From NCBI RefSeq assembly GCF_016026235.1, contig NZ_CP065613.1: a DNA stretch of 64,000 nucleotides; one strand, given 5' to 3'. Within the stretch, counting starts at the first letter, position 1. The number at the start of each line of letters is the position of its first letter. The notes under the pieces are model-generated. The model had not been told where the DNA came from. It saw only the letters and a list, made by a program, of their open reading frames with translations, and did not search any database. The position numbers and the translations under genes were made by a program. This DNA is from Escherichia coli. GTDB taxonomy: Bacteria > Pseudomonadota > Gammaproteobacteria > Enterobacterales > Enterobacteriaceae. Shown here one piece after another: positions 33,367 to 46,078 of this stretch.

Positions 33367-36207
33367 TCATTCTTCCACCAGCCACTTCTGCCAGCTTGCC
33401 CGCACCAAATCACGCTCTGCGGTGAAGCAATCCTCCGACACATGGCCCGGCAATTCCTGTAATGCCAGATGATGAAGTTCATCGCGAAGCGTCGTGTAAG
33501 CACGGGTCAGCGCCATCGCTTCCTGCTCTTCCATAATGTCGTTTTGCGCCAGCAGTTCCAGAATGCGCACGTTGTCTGACCAGCGCGTTAACTTCGGTTT
33601 TTCATGAGCGTAGCGCAACACCAGATATTGGGTAATAAATTCGATATCGGTAATTCCGCCTTCATCGGCTTTGATATCAAAGCGATCGCGATGTTTATTG
33701 CCGAGATGAGCGCGCATTTTCTCGCGCATTTCCCGCACTTCTGTTTGCAGGGTTTTGCCTTCGCGCGGCAGCGCCATAATCTCACGACGCACCGCGTCAA
33801 AGTGCGCGGTGAGCTGCGGATCGCCGTACACTACACGCGCACGCACCAGCGCCTGATGTTCCCACGTCCAGGCCTCGTTTTTCTGATAATCGGCAAATGC
33901 TTCTGCGGATGTCACCAGCATTCCCGCCGCCCCGGACGGACGCAGTCGAGCATCCACTTCATACAAAATGCCGGAAGAGGTACGCGTACTGAACAGATGC
34001 ATAATGCGTTGCGCCAGACGCAGATAAAACTGCCGCCCGTCGATTTCCCGCTCACCGTCAGTCATCGCATCCATTGGGCAATCATGGAGGAAGATAAGGT
34101 CAAGATCGGAACTGTAGCCTAACTCCCAGCCGCCCAGCTTGCCGTAGCCGACCACTGCAAAACCACGCCCTTCGCGTTCGTTCAGGTGATTCGGCTTACC
34201 GTAGCGGGCAACCATTTGAACCCACGCCTGCTGAACGACGGCATCTATCATGGCTTCCGCCAGCCAGGTTAAGTGATCGCTCACTTTCATCACCGGTAGC
34301 GTACCGGCGATATCCGCTGCGGCGATGCGTAACAGCTGCGCCTGTTTGAACTGACGCAGCGCCTCAAGCTGTTGCTCTTCGTCATCTTCCGGCACGCGCA
34401 GCAAATACTGGCGCAACTCATCGCGGTAGGCATCGGTCGCCGTCGGCTGGTAAAGGGTGTTTGGATCGAGCAATTCATCCAGCAATAATGGATAACGCGC
34501 CAGCTGGCTGGCAATCATCGGCGACGCGGCACACAGAGAAATCAAATGTTTAAGCGCCGCGGGGAATTCACTGAGCAATTCTAAATAGGTGGTGCGGGTA
34601 ACAATCCCCACCAGCAAGGCGGTAATGCGCGACAGCGTAACGGCAGCGTCTTCACGCGCACAGACATCACTTAGCAGATGCGGCATCAGATGGTCGAGCA
34701 CCTGACGTCCTCGCGGCCCGATGGTGCGCTTATCCAGCTCTTTGCGGAAATCGGCAATCAGCGTTAGTACCTGTTTGCGATCGTCCTCGCTAAGATGCGC
34801 CAGCACTGGCGTAGTGTCATCTTCCTGCAACGCATCCTGCCACAGCTCACGCCACTGTTCCGACAGCGACTCTTCCTGAGTTTCACTTTCGTCGTCGCCA
34901 ATCAATTCATTAAACACCCGGCGCACATTGGTCATATGTGCGGTCAGCGCCCCGGTCAGTTGCGGCCAGTCAGCAAAGTCCATCGCCCACGCCAGCCGCG
35001 CACGGTTAAGCTCATCAGAAGGAAGCGTCTGGGTTTGTTCGTCGTTAATGCTTTGCAGCAGGTTTTCCAGACGCCGCAGGAACAGATACGCCACTCGCAA
35101 TTGTTCAGCATCGTTTTCAGAAAGCAGATGCAGCGCGGCAATGACGCTGAGCGTTGGCAGTAAAGAGCGCGACTGCAGCGACGGTTCGCGCCCACCGCGA
35201 ATGAGCTGGAACACCTGAACGATAAATTCAATTTCGCGAATGCCGCCTGCGCCGAGTTTGATATTGTCGGTCAAACCACGTCGACGCACTTCACGGGCAA
35301 TCATCCCTTTCATGTTGCGCAGCGACTGAATCACGCTGAAATCGATGTAACGACGGAAAACAAACGGGCGCAGCATCGCACGCAACTCGTTAGCATAGAC
35401 GCCTTCGCTATCGCCCATAATCCGCGCCTTGACCATCGCGTAACGCTCCCAGTCGCGCCCCTGCTCCTGGTAATAATCTTCCAACGCGGCAAAGCTCAGC
35501 ACCAGCGGGCCACTTTCGCCAAACGGACGCAGTCGCATATCCACGCGATAGACAAAGCCATCCTGCGTTGGTTGATCCAGCACTTTAATCAGCCGCTGCC
35601 CCATGCGGGTAAAAAACTGCGCATTATCCAGTTCCCGGCGTCCACCCTGCGTACAACCATGTTCCGGCCAGGCAAAAATCAGATCGATATCTGAGGAGAA
35701 ATTCAGTTCCCCGCCGCCCAGCTTACCCATGCCTAAAATCAGCAGCGGTTGCGCTTCGCCCTGCGCATTGCACGGCGTTCCCCACTCGCGGCAGCAGGCG
35801 TCATATAGCCAGTCACGCGCCGCAACAATCAGTGTCTCCGCCAGATAGCTGAGCTGCTGCAATATGCTCTCTTCAGTAACCAGTGCCAGCGTTTGCGCCC
35901 AGGCGATACGTACCATAATGCGCCGCCGGAACAGCCGCAGCTCGCGCATTAACCCGGCTTCGTCACTCACATTACTGAGCGCCTCCTGCAACCATGCAAC
36001 GTAATGCTGCCATTCGTCGGCCTGCGGCGGTTGGCTTTCCAGTTCCGTCAGCCACTCTGGATGCGCAATCACGCTGTCCTGCACAAAGTCACTGAAAGTA
36101 AGTACTGACTTCGCCTGCGCGCTAAGTGATTCCTCGGCTAAAGGCTCTGGCAGCCGCTCAACAACGGTCTGCCAGTACTGCTGTAACGGTGAAGAGAGCG
36201 GCTTCAT
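33367..36207 (-). CDS. glnE: glutamine synthetase adenylyltransferase/adenylyl-removing enzyme
   Basis: ORF track 33367..36411; 946-aa product starting [13 protein letters not shown] at the ATG ending at 36207. Confidence 0.93.
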   Translation of the reverse strand: MKPLSSPLQQYWQTVVERLPEPLAEESLSAQAKSVLTFSDFVQDSVIAHPEWLTELESQPPQADEWQHYVAWLQEALSNVSDEAGLMRELRLFRRRIMVRIAWAQTLALVTEESILQQLSYLAETLIVAARDWLYDACCREWGTPCNAQGEAQPLLILGMGKLGGGELNFSSDIDLIFAWPEHGCTQGGRRELDNAQFFTRMGQRLIKVLDQPTQDGFVYRVDMRLRPFGESGPLVLSFAALEDYYQEQGRDWERYAMVKARIMGDSEGVYANELRAMLRPFVFRRYIDFSVIQSLRNMKGMIAREVRRRGLTDNIKLGAGGIREIEFIVQVFQLIRGGREPSLQSRSLLPTLSVIAALHLLSENDAEQLRVAYLFLRRLENLLQSINDEQTQTLPSDELNRARLAWAMDFADWPQLTGALTAHMTNVRRVFNELIGDDESETQEESLSEQWRELWQDALQEDDTTPVLAHLSEDDRKQVLTLIADFRKELDKRTIGPRGRQVLDHLMPHLLSDVCAREDAAVTLSRITALLVGIVTRTTYLELLSEFPAALKHLISLCAASPMIASQLARYPLLLDELLDPNTLYQPTATDAYRDELRQYLLRVPEDDEEQQLEALRQFKQAQLLRIAAADIAGTLPVMKVSDHLTWLAEAMIDAVVQQAWVQMVARYGKPNHLNEREGRGFAVVGYGKLGGWELGYSSDLDLIFLHDCPMDAMTDGEREIDGRQFYLRLAQRIMHLFSTRTSSGILYEVDARLRPSGAAGMLVTSAEAFADYQKNEAWTWEHQALVRARVVYGDPQLTAHFDAVRREIMALPREGKTLQTEVREMREKMRAHLGNKHRDRFDIKADEGGITDIEFITQYLVLRYAHEKPKLTRWSDNVRILELLAQNDIMEEQEAMALTRAYTTLRDELHHLALQELPGHVSEDCFTAERDLVRASWQKWLVEE

Positions 36208-36229
36208 AAGCGATTTTATCCTTGCCTGA

Positions 36230-37531
36230 TTAACGTTTTCCGCTGTGCAACCAGAACGGTTCCTGATTGTTTGCCTCATTACGGAAATGTTCAATTTCGA
36301 TGCGTTGCCCGGTCGCAATAGCGTGATGCAGCCCCTGCCAGTTCTCGAGCCAGGCTTGCGCGACGACAGGATCATAGTAACCCGCCAGCAACAGTATTGA
36401 GTCAATATCACGCGTCAGGCGTGGCAACTGGTCACGGTAGCGATCGCCTAACGGCTGGCAGAAAACGCTTTTCAGTTCAGCGGCATGGCGGGAAAGATGG
36501 ATATCGGCAAAGCGTTTGAAGGAGTCGCTGATTTTGCCCTGCGCTTTGGCATCTAAAAATGGCTGCCATGCTTTGCTTACCAACCATTCGGTCAACGCCA
36601 GCTTCGCCATTGCCGTTTCGGTAGAGTAGACCGCCGTCACGGCAGAAACCGCAGAAGCAATGGTCGCCTCGCATTGAGTCAGCAGATCACGTAAGTGAGT
36701 GCTCGCTTTACGCGGCACAATACCACCGAACAGCATCAGCGTATGACGGACCAGGCTAATGGCTGCCAGCACCTGTTCTTTCGCCGCATCGTTGCCGCGT
36801 ACCCACAGTTCTTCATGATACTGCCATTGCGCTAACGCCAGCTCGAGCGCCGCTTCCAGCCCCTGTTCCACATCGGCTTTTGCCGCAACATGCAAAATGG
36901 TGGTCGGTTTGATTTCACGCGCCGGATTGCCCTGCGCCAGATGATAGCCACGCGCCGCTTTGCTCAGGCTGCCCTGGCGTAATCCGATTTGCGATACCAG
37001 TTGGTTCGCCAGTTTCAGCACCGCGCGCGTGTCGCCGCTAAGCAGCTCCAGTTCCAGCTCACAGATAGGTTCAGCAAATTCCCCCGCTTTCACCTCACCC
37101 TGATCGAGAGCGATTTCAATTCGGCTGCCATCGACCGCCACCAGCCATTTTTCGCGATAAAAATCGGTGCAGAACAGCGGTTGTACGCGGGAAGCGAGAT
37201 CGGCAGGCAATTCGCCGTTCGGCCAGACTTCCGAGGGAAACTGCGCCAGGTCGAGCGTCGGTTCGCTCAACGCCACGTTATATTCCGGGCGCTGGTGTAA
37301 GCCGCCTGTCACTCTTCCTGCAACTTTCATGGTCATCTCATAGCGACCGTTTTCGCCACGAATACGTAAGCCCATATCGTGCCCACGCAGCCAGTTATCC
37401 GGCGTTTCGTAGTAAATATTCAGCAACTGCACGGGGTCATGGTGCTCGCCGCCCAGCGTATTGAGATGGTCACGCAACGCCTCAACGGCACTGTGATTAA
37501 CAATAAACTTTAATTCGATTTCCTGAGCCAT
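36230..37531 (-). CDS. ygiF: inorganic triphosphatase (CYTH-CHAD)
   Basis: 433-aa [14 protein letters not shown]... CYTH signature. Confidence 0.9.
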   Translation of the reverse strand: MAQEIELKFIVNHSAVEALRDHLNTLGGEHHDPVQLLNIYYETPDNWLRGHDMGLRIRGENGRYEMTMKVAGRVTGGLHQRPEYNVALSEPTLDLAQFPSEVWPNGELPADLASRVQPLFCTDFYREKWLVAVDGSRIEIALDQGEVKAGEFAEPICELELELLSGDTRAVLKLANQLVSQIGLRQGSLSKAARGYHLAQGNPAREIKPTTILHVAAKADVEQGLEAALELALAQWQYHEELWVRGNDAAKEQVLAAISLVRHTLMLFGGIVPRKASTHLRDLLTQCEATIASAVSAVTAVYSTETAMAKLALTEWLVSKAWQPFLDAKAQGKISDSFKRFADIHLSRHAAELKSVFCQPLGDRYRDQLPRLTRDIDSILLLAGYYDPVVAQAWLENWQGLHHAIATGQRIEIEHFRNEANNQEPFWLHSGKR

Positions 37532-37772
37532 GGCCTTTACTTATCGGTTATGTCACATAAGTGACGATGAACGGCGAACTTAATGCGATCTTTTTTGTCA
37601 GTAGATAGTATTTTGCGCCAAATTGCCATGCAACGGGCAATTTGACGGGCGTAAAAGTTTGAAGCAGTGGCAAGACCTGACACAGAGGATTCCGATTGAT
37701 GTCGAATGCTTTGCGTAGCGACACTGATGCCACTACTATCGTTCCACTTTCCATGACAATAACGACAGCCTG

Positions 37773-38393
37773 ATGCCAAAATTACGCCTGATCGGATTAA
37801 CTTTACTCGCACTTAGCGCGACTGCCGTCTCACACGCTGAAGAAACGCGCTATGTTTCTGACGAACTGAATACCTGGGTCCGTAGCGGTCCGGGAGATCA
37901 TTATCGCCTCGTGGGCACGGTTAACGCCGGCGAGGAAGTGACCTTATTACAAACTGACGCCAACACCAATTATGCCCAGGTGAAAGACAGCTCTGGCCGT
38001 ACCGCCTGGATCCCGTTGAAACAACTTAGCACTGAACCAAGCCTGCGCTCCCGTGTGCCAGATCTGGAAAATCAGGTCAAAACCCTGACCGATAAACTCA
38101 CCAATATCGATAACACCTGGAATCAGCGCACCGCAGAAATGCAGCAAAAAGTGGCGCAGAGCGACAGCGTGATCAACGGGTTAAAAGAAGAAAATCAGAA
38201 ACTGAAAAACGAGCTGATTGTCGCGCAGAAAAAGGTCGATGCCGCCAGCGTGCAGCTGGATGACAAACAGCGCACCATCATCATGCAATGGTTTATGTAT
38301 GGCGGCGGCGTGCTGGGGCTTGGCTTGCTGCTCGGTCTGGTACTGCCGCACCTGATCCCAAGCCGCAAACGCAAAGATCGCTGGATGAACTAA
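37773..38393 (+). CDS. ygiM: SH3-domain membrane-anchored protein YgiM
   Basis: 206-aa ORF, signal peptide, coiled-coil, C-terminal TM. Confidence 0.88.
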   Translation: MPKLRLIGLTLLALSATAVSHAEETRYVSDELNTWVRSGPGDHYRLVGTVNAGEEVTLLQTDANTNYAQVKDSSGRTAWIPLKQLSTEPSLRSRVPDLENQVKTLTDKLTNIDNTWNQRTAEMQQKVAQSDSVINGLKEENQKLKNELIVAQKKVDAASVQLDDKQRTIIMQWFMYGGGVLGLGLLLGLVLPHLIPSRKRKDRWMN

Positions 38394-38456
38394 ATCGCCT
38401 TCTTCGTTGCACTGTCTTATTATTAGGAATTGTGTATTTGACGAAGGGATGATGGC

Positions 38457-39695
38457 GTGAAGATTTATCTGGTCGGTGGTGCTGTTCGGGATGCATTGTT
38501 AGGGCTACCGGTCAAAGACAGAGATTGGGTGGTGGTCGGCAGTACGCCACAGGAGATGCTCGACGCGGGCTACCAGCAGGTAGGCCGCGATTTTCCTGTG
38601 TTTCTGCATCCGCAAACGCATGAAGAGTATGCGCTGGCACGTACCGAACGGAAATCCGGTTCCGGTTACACCGGTTTTACTTGCTATGCCGCACCGGATG
38701 TCACGCTGGAAGATGATCTTAAGCGTCGCGATCTGACCATTAATGCGCTGGCCCAGGACGATAACGGCGAGATTATCGACCCGTACAACGGTCTGGGCGA
38801 TCTGCAAAATCGTCTGTTGCGCCATGTTTCCCCCGCTTTTGGCGAAGATCCGTTACGCGTTCTGCGCGTGGCGCGTTTTGCTGCGCGTTATGCCCACCTC
38901 GGTTTTCGTATTGCCGATGAAACTCTGACGCTGATGCGCGAGATGACCCATGCGGGTGAACTGGAACACCTGACGCCTGAACGGGTATGGAAAGAGACGG
39001 AAAGCGCCCTCACCACCCGCAATCCCCAGGTGTTCTTCCAGGTACTGCGCGATTGCGGTGCACTTCGCGTTTTATTCCCGGAAATTGACGCCCTGTTTGG
39101 CGTTCCGGCCCCTGCCAGGTGGCATCCGGAAATCGACACGGGTATTCATACCTTCATGACGCTCTCAATGGCGGCGATGCTGAGTCCGCAGGTTGATGTC
39201 CGTTTCGCAACTTTATGCCACGATCTCGGTAAAGGACTGACGCCGCCAGAACTTTGGCCGCGTCATCATGGGCATGGCCCGGCGGGTGTTAAGTTAGTGG
39301 AACAACTATGCCAGCGTCTGCGCATGCCAAATGAAATTCGCGATTTAGCCAGACTGGTGGCTGAGTTTCACGATCTCATCCACACCTTCCCAATGCTGAA
39401 CCCAAAAACCATCGTCAAATTATTTGATTCCATCGATGCCTGGCGTAAACCGCAGCGTGTCGAGCAACTGGCGCTGACCAGCGAGGCTGACGTACGCGGC
39501 AGAACCGGTTTTGAATCAGCGGACTACCCGCAAGGCCGTTGGTTGCGCGAAGCCTGGGAAGTGGCGCAGTCAGTGCCGACAAAAGCGGTCGTTGAAGCGG
39601 GATTTAAAGGTGTGGAGATTCGCGAGGAGCTGACCCGACGGCGGATTGCGGCGGTAGCCAGTTGGAAGGAACAACGTTGCCCAAAGCCTGACTGA
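38457..39695 (+). CDS. cca: CCA-adding tRNA nucleotidyltransferase
   Basis: 412-aa [19 protein letters not shown]... Confidence 0.95.
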   Translation: MKIYLVGGAVRDALLGLPVKDRDWVVVGSTPQEMLDAGYQQVGRDFPVFLHPQTHEEYALARTERKSGSGYTGFTCYAAPDVTLEDDLKRRDLTINALAQDDNGEIIDPYNGLGDLQNRLLRHVSPAFGEDPLRVLRVARFAARYAHLGFRIADETLTLMREMTHAGELEHLTPERVWKETESALTTRNPQVFFQVLRDCGALRVLFPEIDALFGVPAPARWHPEIDTGIHTFMTLSMAAMLSPQVDVRFATLCHDLGKGLTPPELWPRHHGHGPAGVKLVEQLCQRLRMPNEIRDLARLVAEFHDLIHTFPMLNPKTIVKLFDSIDAWRKPQRVEQLALTSEADVRGRTGFESADYPQGRWLREAWEVAQSVPTKAVVEAGFKGVEIREELTRRRIAAVASWKEQRCPKPD

Positions 39696-39721
39696 GTATA
39701 AAACTAAACGTTAACACGAAC

Positions 39722-39835
39722 CATCCCCTCGCCCCTTCGGGGAGAGGGTTAGGGTGAGGGGAACAGACCAGCACCGGTGCGAACAATCACCCCCACCCCG
39801 GCCCTCTCCCTACAGAGCGAGGGAGAAAACCAGGC
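39722..39835. repeat. GC-rich imperfect inverted-repeat element (boxC-like) between cca and uppP
   Basis: cccctcgccccttcggggagagggttagggtgagggg ... cacccccaccccggccctctccc. Confidence 0.5.
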
Positions 39836-39857
39836 CTGCTCCCGAACCTTTTCTCAA

Positions 39858-40679
39858 TCAAAAGAACACGACGTACACCGCAGCCGCCACAATAAAGCGA
39901 TAAATGGCGAACGGGATAAACGAAATGCGCTTAATCAATTGCAGGAAGGTTTTAATCGCTATCAGCGCCACCACAAAAGCGGTGATAAACCCAACGGCAA
40001 ACATCGGGATATCGCCGGTTGTCAGGAAGCCCCAGCTTTTGTAGAGATCGAGCGCCGTTGCGCCCATCATCATCGGTACCGCCAGCAGGAACGAGAACTC
40101 GGAAGCAGCGTAACGGCTCACGCCCATCAGCATCCCACCTGAAATGGTCGCCCCGGAGCGGGAGAAACCCGGCCACAGCGCCAGACACTGGAAGCAGCCA
40201 ATCATAAACGCCTGACGATAGGTCATATCATCCAGACCCGGTGCGCGCGGCTCTTTCGGCTTCAGGCATTCGGCGGCAATCAGCAACAAACCGCCAACGA
40301 CCAGCGCATACATCACATTTATCGGGTTAAACAATGACTTAATCGTGTCGTGGAACAACAGCCCCAGTACCACCGCCGGAATCATCCCCAGCAAAATGTG
40401 GATCAGCGTTAAACGACCTTTGCTTTCTCCTTCGTGCTGCAACGGGCGGCCAAAGTGGATGCCAATCAGGCCAAACAGACGCCGCCAGAACATCACTACT
40501 ACCGCCAGAATTGATCCTAACTGGATCACAACTTCAAAGGTTTTCGCCGTGTCGCCCTCAAACCCCAACAAGTGACCGACAATAATCATATGGCCCGTGC
40601 TGGATACCGGCAGAAATTCTGTCAATCCTTCGACCACACCCAATATTGCCGCTATCAGCAGCGAGTGCATATCGCTCAT
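39858..40679 (-). CDS. uppP: undecaprenyl-diphosphate phosphatase
   Basis: ORF 39858..40682; start taken at second ATG (273 aa), multi-TM. Confidence 0.93.
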
Positions 40680-40769
40680 CAATAAACCCCTAAATTATTA
40701 AAATGTACCGCTTGTCCGAACTACTGCAGTATGACCAGGTTATAACCGTTTGGTTTAACAGCTGTAAAA

Positions 40770-41138
40770 TTAATTATTTTCTTTCAGATTATTGCCACGC
40801 TCAATGATTACGCCAACATTCGCCGCCCGCGCCACTGCGCCTGGCTTGCTGAGTTTGATACGCACCCACGGCGAGTTGAAGCGTGCTAACAGCAGCTCCG
40901 CCACCTCTTCCGCCACGCGTTCCACCAGCGCAAAACGTGCCCCCTCGACGTGGCTGACCACCGTTTCTGCAATGTCAGCGTAACTGAGGCAATCCGCCAC
41001 ATCATCACTTTTCGCCGCTTTACGGTTATCCCACGCCATTTCGATATCGAACACTAACTTCTGTTCGATGGTCTGTTCCCAGTCGTAAACACCAATAGTG
41101 GTGATTACCGAAAGTTGCTCTATAAATACAATATCCAT
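40770..41138 (-). CDS. folB: dihydroneopterin aldolase
   Basis: ORF 40770..41141; MDIVFIEQLSVITTIGVYDWEQ... Confidence 0.93.
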   Translation of the reverse strand: MDIVFIEQLSVITTIGVYDWEQTIEQKLVFDIEMAWDNRKAAKSDDVADCLSYADIAETVVSHVEGARFALVERVAEEVAELLLARFNSPWVRIKLSKPGAVARAANVGVIIERGNNLKENN

Positions 41139-41242
41139 CACGTCCTGCCTGCTTTTTGGCTAACCGGATACCACTTCCGGCGAAATGTGCGTATTATCCA
41201 CAGATTCATCGTTGAACACGAATTTTCAAAACGGAACAGCTT

Positions 41243-41860
41243 ATGAGTGCAATCGCGCCTGGAATGATCCTCATCGCGTACCTCTGCGGCTCCATTTCCA
41301 GTGCTATTCTGGTTTGCCGCTTGTGTGGGCTGCCCGATCCGCGAACCAGCGGCTCCGGCAATCCTGGCGCAACCAATGTGTTACGTATCGGTGGCAAGGG
41401 AGCAGCCGTAGCAGTACTGATTTTCGACGTTCTGAAAGGAATGTTGCCTGTCTGGGGCGCGTATGAATTAGGTGTCAGCCCCTTCTGGCTAGGCTTAATT
41501 GCCATCGCCGCCTGTCTTGGACACATCTGGCCCGTTTTCTTCGGATTTAAAGGAGGAAAAGGCGTTGCTACCGCTTTTGGTGCCATCGCACCCATTGGCT
41601 GGGATCTCACCGGAGTAATGGCGGGAACCTGGTTACTGACCGTGCTATTGAGCGGATACTCGTCGCTGGGAGCGATTGTCAGTGCACTGATTGCTCCGTT
41701 TTATGTCTGGTGGTTTAAGCCACAATTCACCTTCCCGGTTTCGATGCTCTCTTGCCTGATCCTGCTGCGTCATCATGACAACATCCAGCGTCTGTGGCGT
41801 CGTCAGGAGACAAAAATCTGGACGAAATTCAAAAGAAAGCGCGAAAAGGATCCCGAGTGA
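41243..41860 (+). CDS. plsY: glycerol-3-phosphate acyltransferase PlsY
   Basis: 205-aa membrane ORF. Confidence 0.93.
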
Positions 41861-41872
41861 TTTCTAGTGGAT

Positions 41873-42805
41873 CTACATGACCTGATAGCCTTCATCGGGC
41901 TTGCCCAGCCGTTGCTGGCACCATGCCGCCAGAAATTCCACGCAGACACGTAATTTCATGCTGCGATAGAGCGGCTCCCGGTAAACAGCCCAGATATTGG
42001 CGCTTTGTGCATACTCCGGCAATACTCGCACCAGTTTGCCACTCTCCAGAAACGGCAACACATCCCACTCGGAACGCAGCATAATCCCTTTGCCCTCCAG
42101 CGCCCATTGCAGCACAATCTCGCCGCTATTGGAGGAAAGATGCCCGCTTACCTTCACCGATTTTTTCTCCTGACCGTTCCCCAACTCCCATATTCCGTGG
42201 GTCATATCGCGCTCTTTGGTCACCAGACAGTCATGACGACTTAATTCCTGTAGGGATTGTGGCTGCGGATATTTTTGCAGATACTCAGGTGCTGCGCATA
42301 ATATTCTTTTATTTTTTGTCAAAAGATGCGCAATATAATAATCAGGAATTTCGTCATTAATACGAATATCCAGATCAATATTATCCTGCACTAAATCAAT
42401 TTGTCGATCGAACAATTCAAAATGCACCTGTAACTCAGGATAATTGCGCATCAGTTCGGTAATGGCTGGCGCAATATGGCTGCGCCCAAAACCAAAACTG
42501 CAACCAATACGAATCATCCCCTCCGGGCGCGTTTTGATTTGCGTGACGTCATCGACCAGTCGCTGATATTGGGTGAGGATTTCCAGCGCATGTTCGTAAC
42601 AACGTTGGCCACTTTCAGTCAGCGCCACGCCGCGAGCGGAGCGGTTCAGCAGCGTTGTTGCCAGCGTATTTTCAAGGATTTGGATCCGCTTGGTGACAAA
42701 TGCAGGCGTTTGCCCAAGCGTCGCCGCTGCAGCACTAAAACTCCCGCTGTGGACGATTTCTACCAGTACCTGCAAGTCTTTGGCTAAAGGCCAGCTATTC
42801 AGCAT
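41873..42805 (-). CDS. ttdR: LysR-family activator of the tartrate operon
   Basis: 310-aa ORF with LysR helix-turn-helix; divergent from ttdA. Confidence 0.9.
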   Translation of the reverse strand: MLNSWPLAKDLQVLVEIVHSGSFSAAAATLGQTPAFVTKRIQILENTLATTLLNRSARGVALTESGQRCYEHALEILTQYQRLVDDVTQIKTRPEGMIRIGCSFGFGRSHIAPAITELMRNYPELQVHFELFDRQIDLVQDNIDLDIRINDEIPDYYIAHLLTKNKRILCAAPEYLQKYPQPQSLQELSRHDCLVTKERDMTHGIWELGNGQEKKSVKVSGHLSSNSGEIVLQWALEGKGIMLRSEWDVLPFLESGKLVRVLPEYAQSANIWAVYREPLYRSMKLRVCVEFLAAWCQQRLGKPDEGYQVM

Positions 42806-43011
42806 CGTTAATTATCCGCAGTTGTGATAAGCGCAGTGTATTTCGCAAAACATTGCCATTCCCTGCTCTGGCGCAATATTCATTCTTATTTTCGCGTTGA
42901 TTCACGAACTGTTAATTACATATTCACGGTGGCAAAAAATATAAAACCACATTTTTAGTGGTAGTTTGTGACGGTAAATTTTTCCAGACAAATACAGAAA
43001 CTGGAGTTGCC

Positions 43012-43923
43012 ATGATGAGCGAAAGTAATAAGCAACAGGCAGTGAATAAGTTGACAGAGATTGTCGCTAACTTTACCGCCATGATTTCTACCCGAATGCC
43101 TGATGACGTGGTGGATAAACTAAAACAGCTAAAGGATGCCGAAACGTCGTCGATGGGGAAAATCATCTACCATACGATGTTCGACAACATGCAAAAAGCG
43201 ATTGACCTGAATCGTCCTGCCTGTCAGGACACCGGGGAGATTATGTTCTTCGTTAAAGTCGGTTCCCGCTTCCCACTGCTTGGCGAGCTGCAAAGCATAC
43301 TCAAACAAGCCGTGGAAGAGGCAACCGTCAAAGCGCCACTGCGTCACAATGCGGTAGAAATTTTTGACGAAGTGAACACAGGCAAAAATACCGGCAGCGG
43401 CGTACCGTGGGTCACCTGGGATATCGTCCCCGACGGTGACGATGCGGAAATCGAAGTTTACATGGCAGGCGGCGGCTGCACGCTACCAGGCCGCTCGAAA
43501 GTGTTAATGCCGTCAGAAGGCTACGAAGGCGTAGTGAAATTCGTCTTCGAAAATATCTCCACCCTCGCCGTAAACGCCTGTCCACCGGTACTGGTGGGCG
43601 TGGGCATCGCCACCTCGGTGGAAACCGCCGCCGTGCTCTCGCGAAAAGCCATTTTGCGCCCGATTGGCAGCCGCCACCCCAATCCAAAAGCGGCAGAGCT
43701 GGAGCTACGCCTGGAAGAAGGACTCAACCGTCTGGGGATTGGTCCACAAGGGCTGACTGGCAACAGTTCAGTGATGGGCGTGCATATCGAATCTGCCGCT
43801 CGCCATCCGTCAACCATCGGCGTTGCTGTTTCTACAGGCTGCTGGGCGCATCGTCGCGGCACACTGCTGGTTCATGCCGATCTCTCCTTTGAAAATCTGT
43901 CTCACACCCGGAGCGCGTTATGA
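43012..43923 (+). CDS. ttdA: L(+)-tartrate dehydratase alpha subunit
   Basis: ORF 42958..43923; start taken at MMSESNKQQ (303 aa). Confidence 0.9.
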
Positions 43924-44525
43924 AAAAGATCCTGACAACCCCGATCAAAGCTGAAGATCTGCAAGATATTCGCGTCGGCGATGTGATCTACCTGACCGGT
44001 ACGCTGGTGACCTGCCGTGACGTTTGTCACCGCCGCTTGATCGAACTGAAACGTCCGATCCCTTACGATCTCAACGGCAAAGCGATTTTCCACGCTGGCC
44101 CCATCGTGCGCAAAAACGGCGACAAATGGGAGATGGTTTCCGTCGGTCCGACAACCAGTATGCGTATGGAAAGTTTTGAACGTGAATTTATCGAGCAGAC
44201 CGGCGTGAAACTGGTGGTCGGCAAAGGAGGAATGGGGCCGCTGACCGAAGAAGGCTGCCAGAAATTCAAGGCGCTACATGTGATTTTCCCGGCAGGCTGC
44301 GCGGTGCTGGCGGCAACCCAGGTGGAAGAGATTGAAGAGGTGCACTGGACAGAACTCGGGATGCCGGAGTCACTGTGGGTCTGCCGGGTCAAAGAGTTCG
44401 GCCCGCTGATTGTCTCTATTGATACCCACGGCAACAACCTGATAGCCGAAAACAAAAAGCTGTTCGCCGAACGCCGCGATCCCATCGTGGAAGAGATCTG
44501 CGAGCACGTCCATTACATCAAATAA
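43920..44525 (+). CDS. ttdB: L(+)-tartrate dehydratase beta subunit
   Basis: 201-aa ORF, 4-bp overlap with ttdA. Confidence 0.93.
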
Positions 44526-44572
44526 CCCTCCCGGAGAGGCTCGCCCCTCTCCTTTTTCGCAGGCATAACACG

Positions 44573-46036
44573 ATGAAACCTTCCACTGAATGGTGGCGAT
44601 ACCTTGCGCCGCTGGCGGTCATCGCCATTATTGCTCTAATTCCGGTTCCCGCAGGGCTGGAGAGTCATACCTGGCTCTACTTTGCCGTTTTTACTGGCGT
44701 GATCGTTGGACTGATCCTCGAACCCGTGCCGGGTGCCGTGGTGGCGATGGTGGGTATCTCCATCATCGCCATACTCTCTCCCTGGCTGCTGTTCAGCCCC
44801 GAACAGCTCGCCCAGCCAGGCTTTAAATTCACTGCAAAATCCCTCTCGTGGGCGGTTTCCGGTTTTTCTAATTCGGTTATCTGGCTGATTTTCGCCGCCT
44901 TTATGTTTGGCACAGGCTATGAAAAAACCGGGCTGGGGCGACGTATCGCGCTGATTCTGGTGAAAAAGATGGGGCATCGCACGCTGTTTCTTGGCTATGC
45001 AGTGATGTTCTCCGAGCTGATCCTGGCACCTGTCACACCGTCCAACTCGGCGCGTGGTGCGGGGATTATCTATCCCATCATCCGTAACCTGCCGCCGCTC
45101 TATCAATCACAACCAAACGACAGCAGTTCGCGCAGTATTGGCTCGTACATCATGTGGATGGGGATTGTTGCCGACTGCGTGACCAGCGCCATTTTCCTGA
45201 CGGCGATGGCTCCTAACTTGCTGTTAATTGGACTGATGAAAAGCGCATCTCACGCCACGCTGAGTTGGGGCGACTGGTTCCTCGGGATGTTGCCGCTCAG
45301 TATTTTACTGGTCCTGCTGGTTCCCTGGCTGGCTTACGTGCTGTACCCGCCGGTACTGAAGTCTGGTGATCAGGTACCGCGCTGGGCAGAGACGGAACTG
45401 CAGGCAATGGGCCCGCTCTGTTCGCGTGAAAAACGGATGCTGGGGCTGATGGTAGGCGCGCTGGTGCTGTGGATTTTCGGCGGTGATTATATCGATGCCG
45501 CGATGGTCGGTTACAGCGTGGTGGCGCTGATGCTGCTTCTGCGCATTATCAGTTGGGACGACATTGTCAGTAATAAAGCCGCGTGGAACGTTTTCTTCTG
45601 GCTGGCCTCGCTTATCACCCTCGCTACCGGACTCAACAACACCGGTTTTATTAGCTGGTTTGGCAAACTGTTAGCAGGCAGCTTAAGCGGTTATTCGCCG
45701 ACGATGGTGATGGTGGCGTTGATTGTGGTGTTTTATCTGCTGCGCTACTTTTTTGCCAGCGCCACGGCGTATACCTCCGCTCTCGCACCGATGATGATTG
45801 CCGCTGCGCTGGCGATGCCGGAAATCCCGCTGCCGGTGTTCTGCCTGATGGTTGGTGCGGCAATTGGTCTGGGGAGCATTCTTACACCATACGCCACCGG
45901 ACCCAGTCCGATTTACTACGGTAGTGGTTATCTGCCAACGGCGGATTACTGGCGACTGGGGGCGATTTTTGGGCTGATATTCCTCGTGTTGCTGGTGATT
46001 ACCGGCTTACTGTGGATGCCCGTGGTGTTGCTTTAA
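44573..46036 (+). CDS. ttdT: tartrate/succinate antiporter (DASS family)
   Basis: 487-aa polytopic membrane ORF. Confidence 0.92.
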   Translation: MKPSTEWWRYLAPLAVIAIIALIPVPAGLESHTWLYFAVFTGVIVGLILEPVPGAVVAMVGISIIAILSPWLLFSPEQLAQPGFKFTAKSLSWAVSGFSNSVIWLIFAAFMFGTGYEKTGLGRRIALILVKKMGHRTLFLGYAVMFSELILAPVTPSNSARGAGIIYPIIRNLPPLYQSQPNDSSSRSIGSYIMWMGIVADCVTSAIFLTAMAPNLLLIGLMKSASHATLSWGDWFLGMLPLSILLVLLVPWLAYVLYPPVLKSGDQVPRWAETELQAMGPLCSREKRMLGLMVGALVLWIFGGDYIDAAMVGYSVVALMLLLRIISWDDIVSNKAAWNVFFWLASLITLATGLNNTGFISWFGKLLAGSLSGYSPTMVMVALIVVFYLLRYFFASATAYTSALAPMMIAAALAMPEIPLPVFCLMVGAAIGLGSILTPYATGPSPIYYGSGYLPTADYWRLGAIFGLIFLVLLVITGLLWMPVVLL

Positions 46037-46078
46037 GTGAGGACGGTGCCGGAAGTAACTCTCCGGCACCCGATAGTT

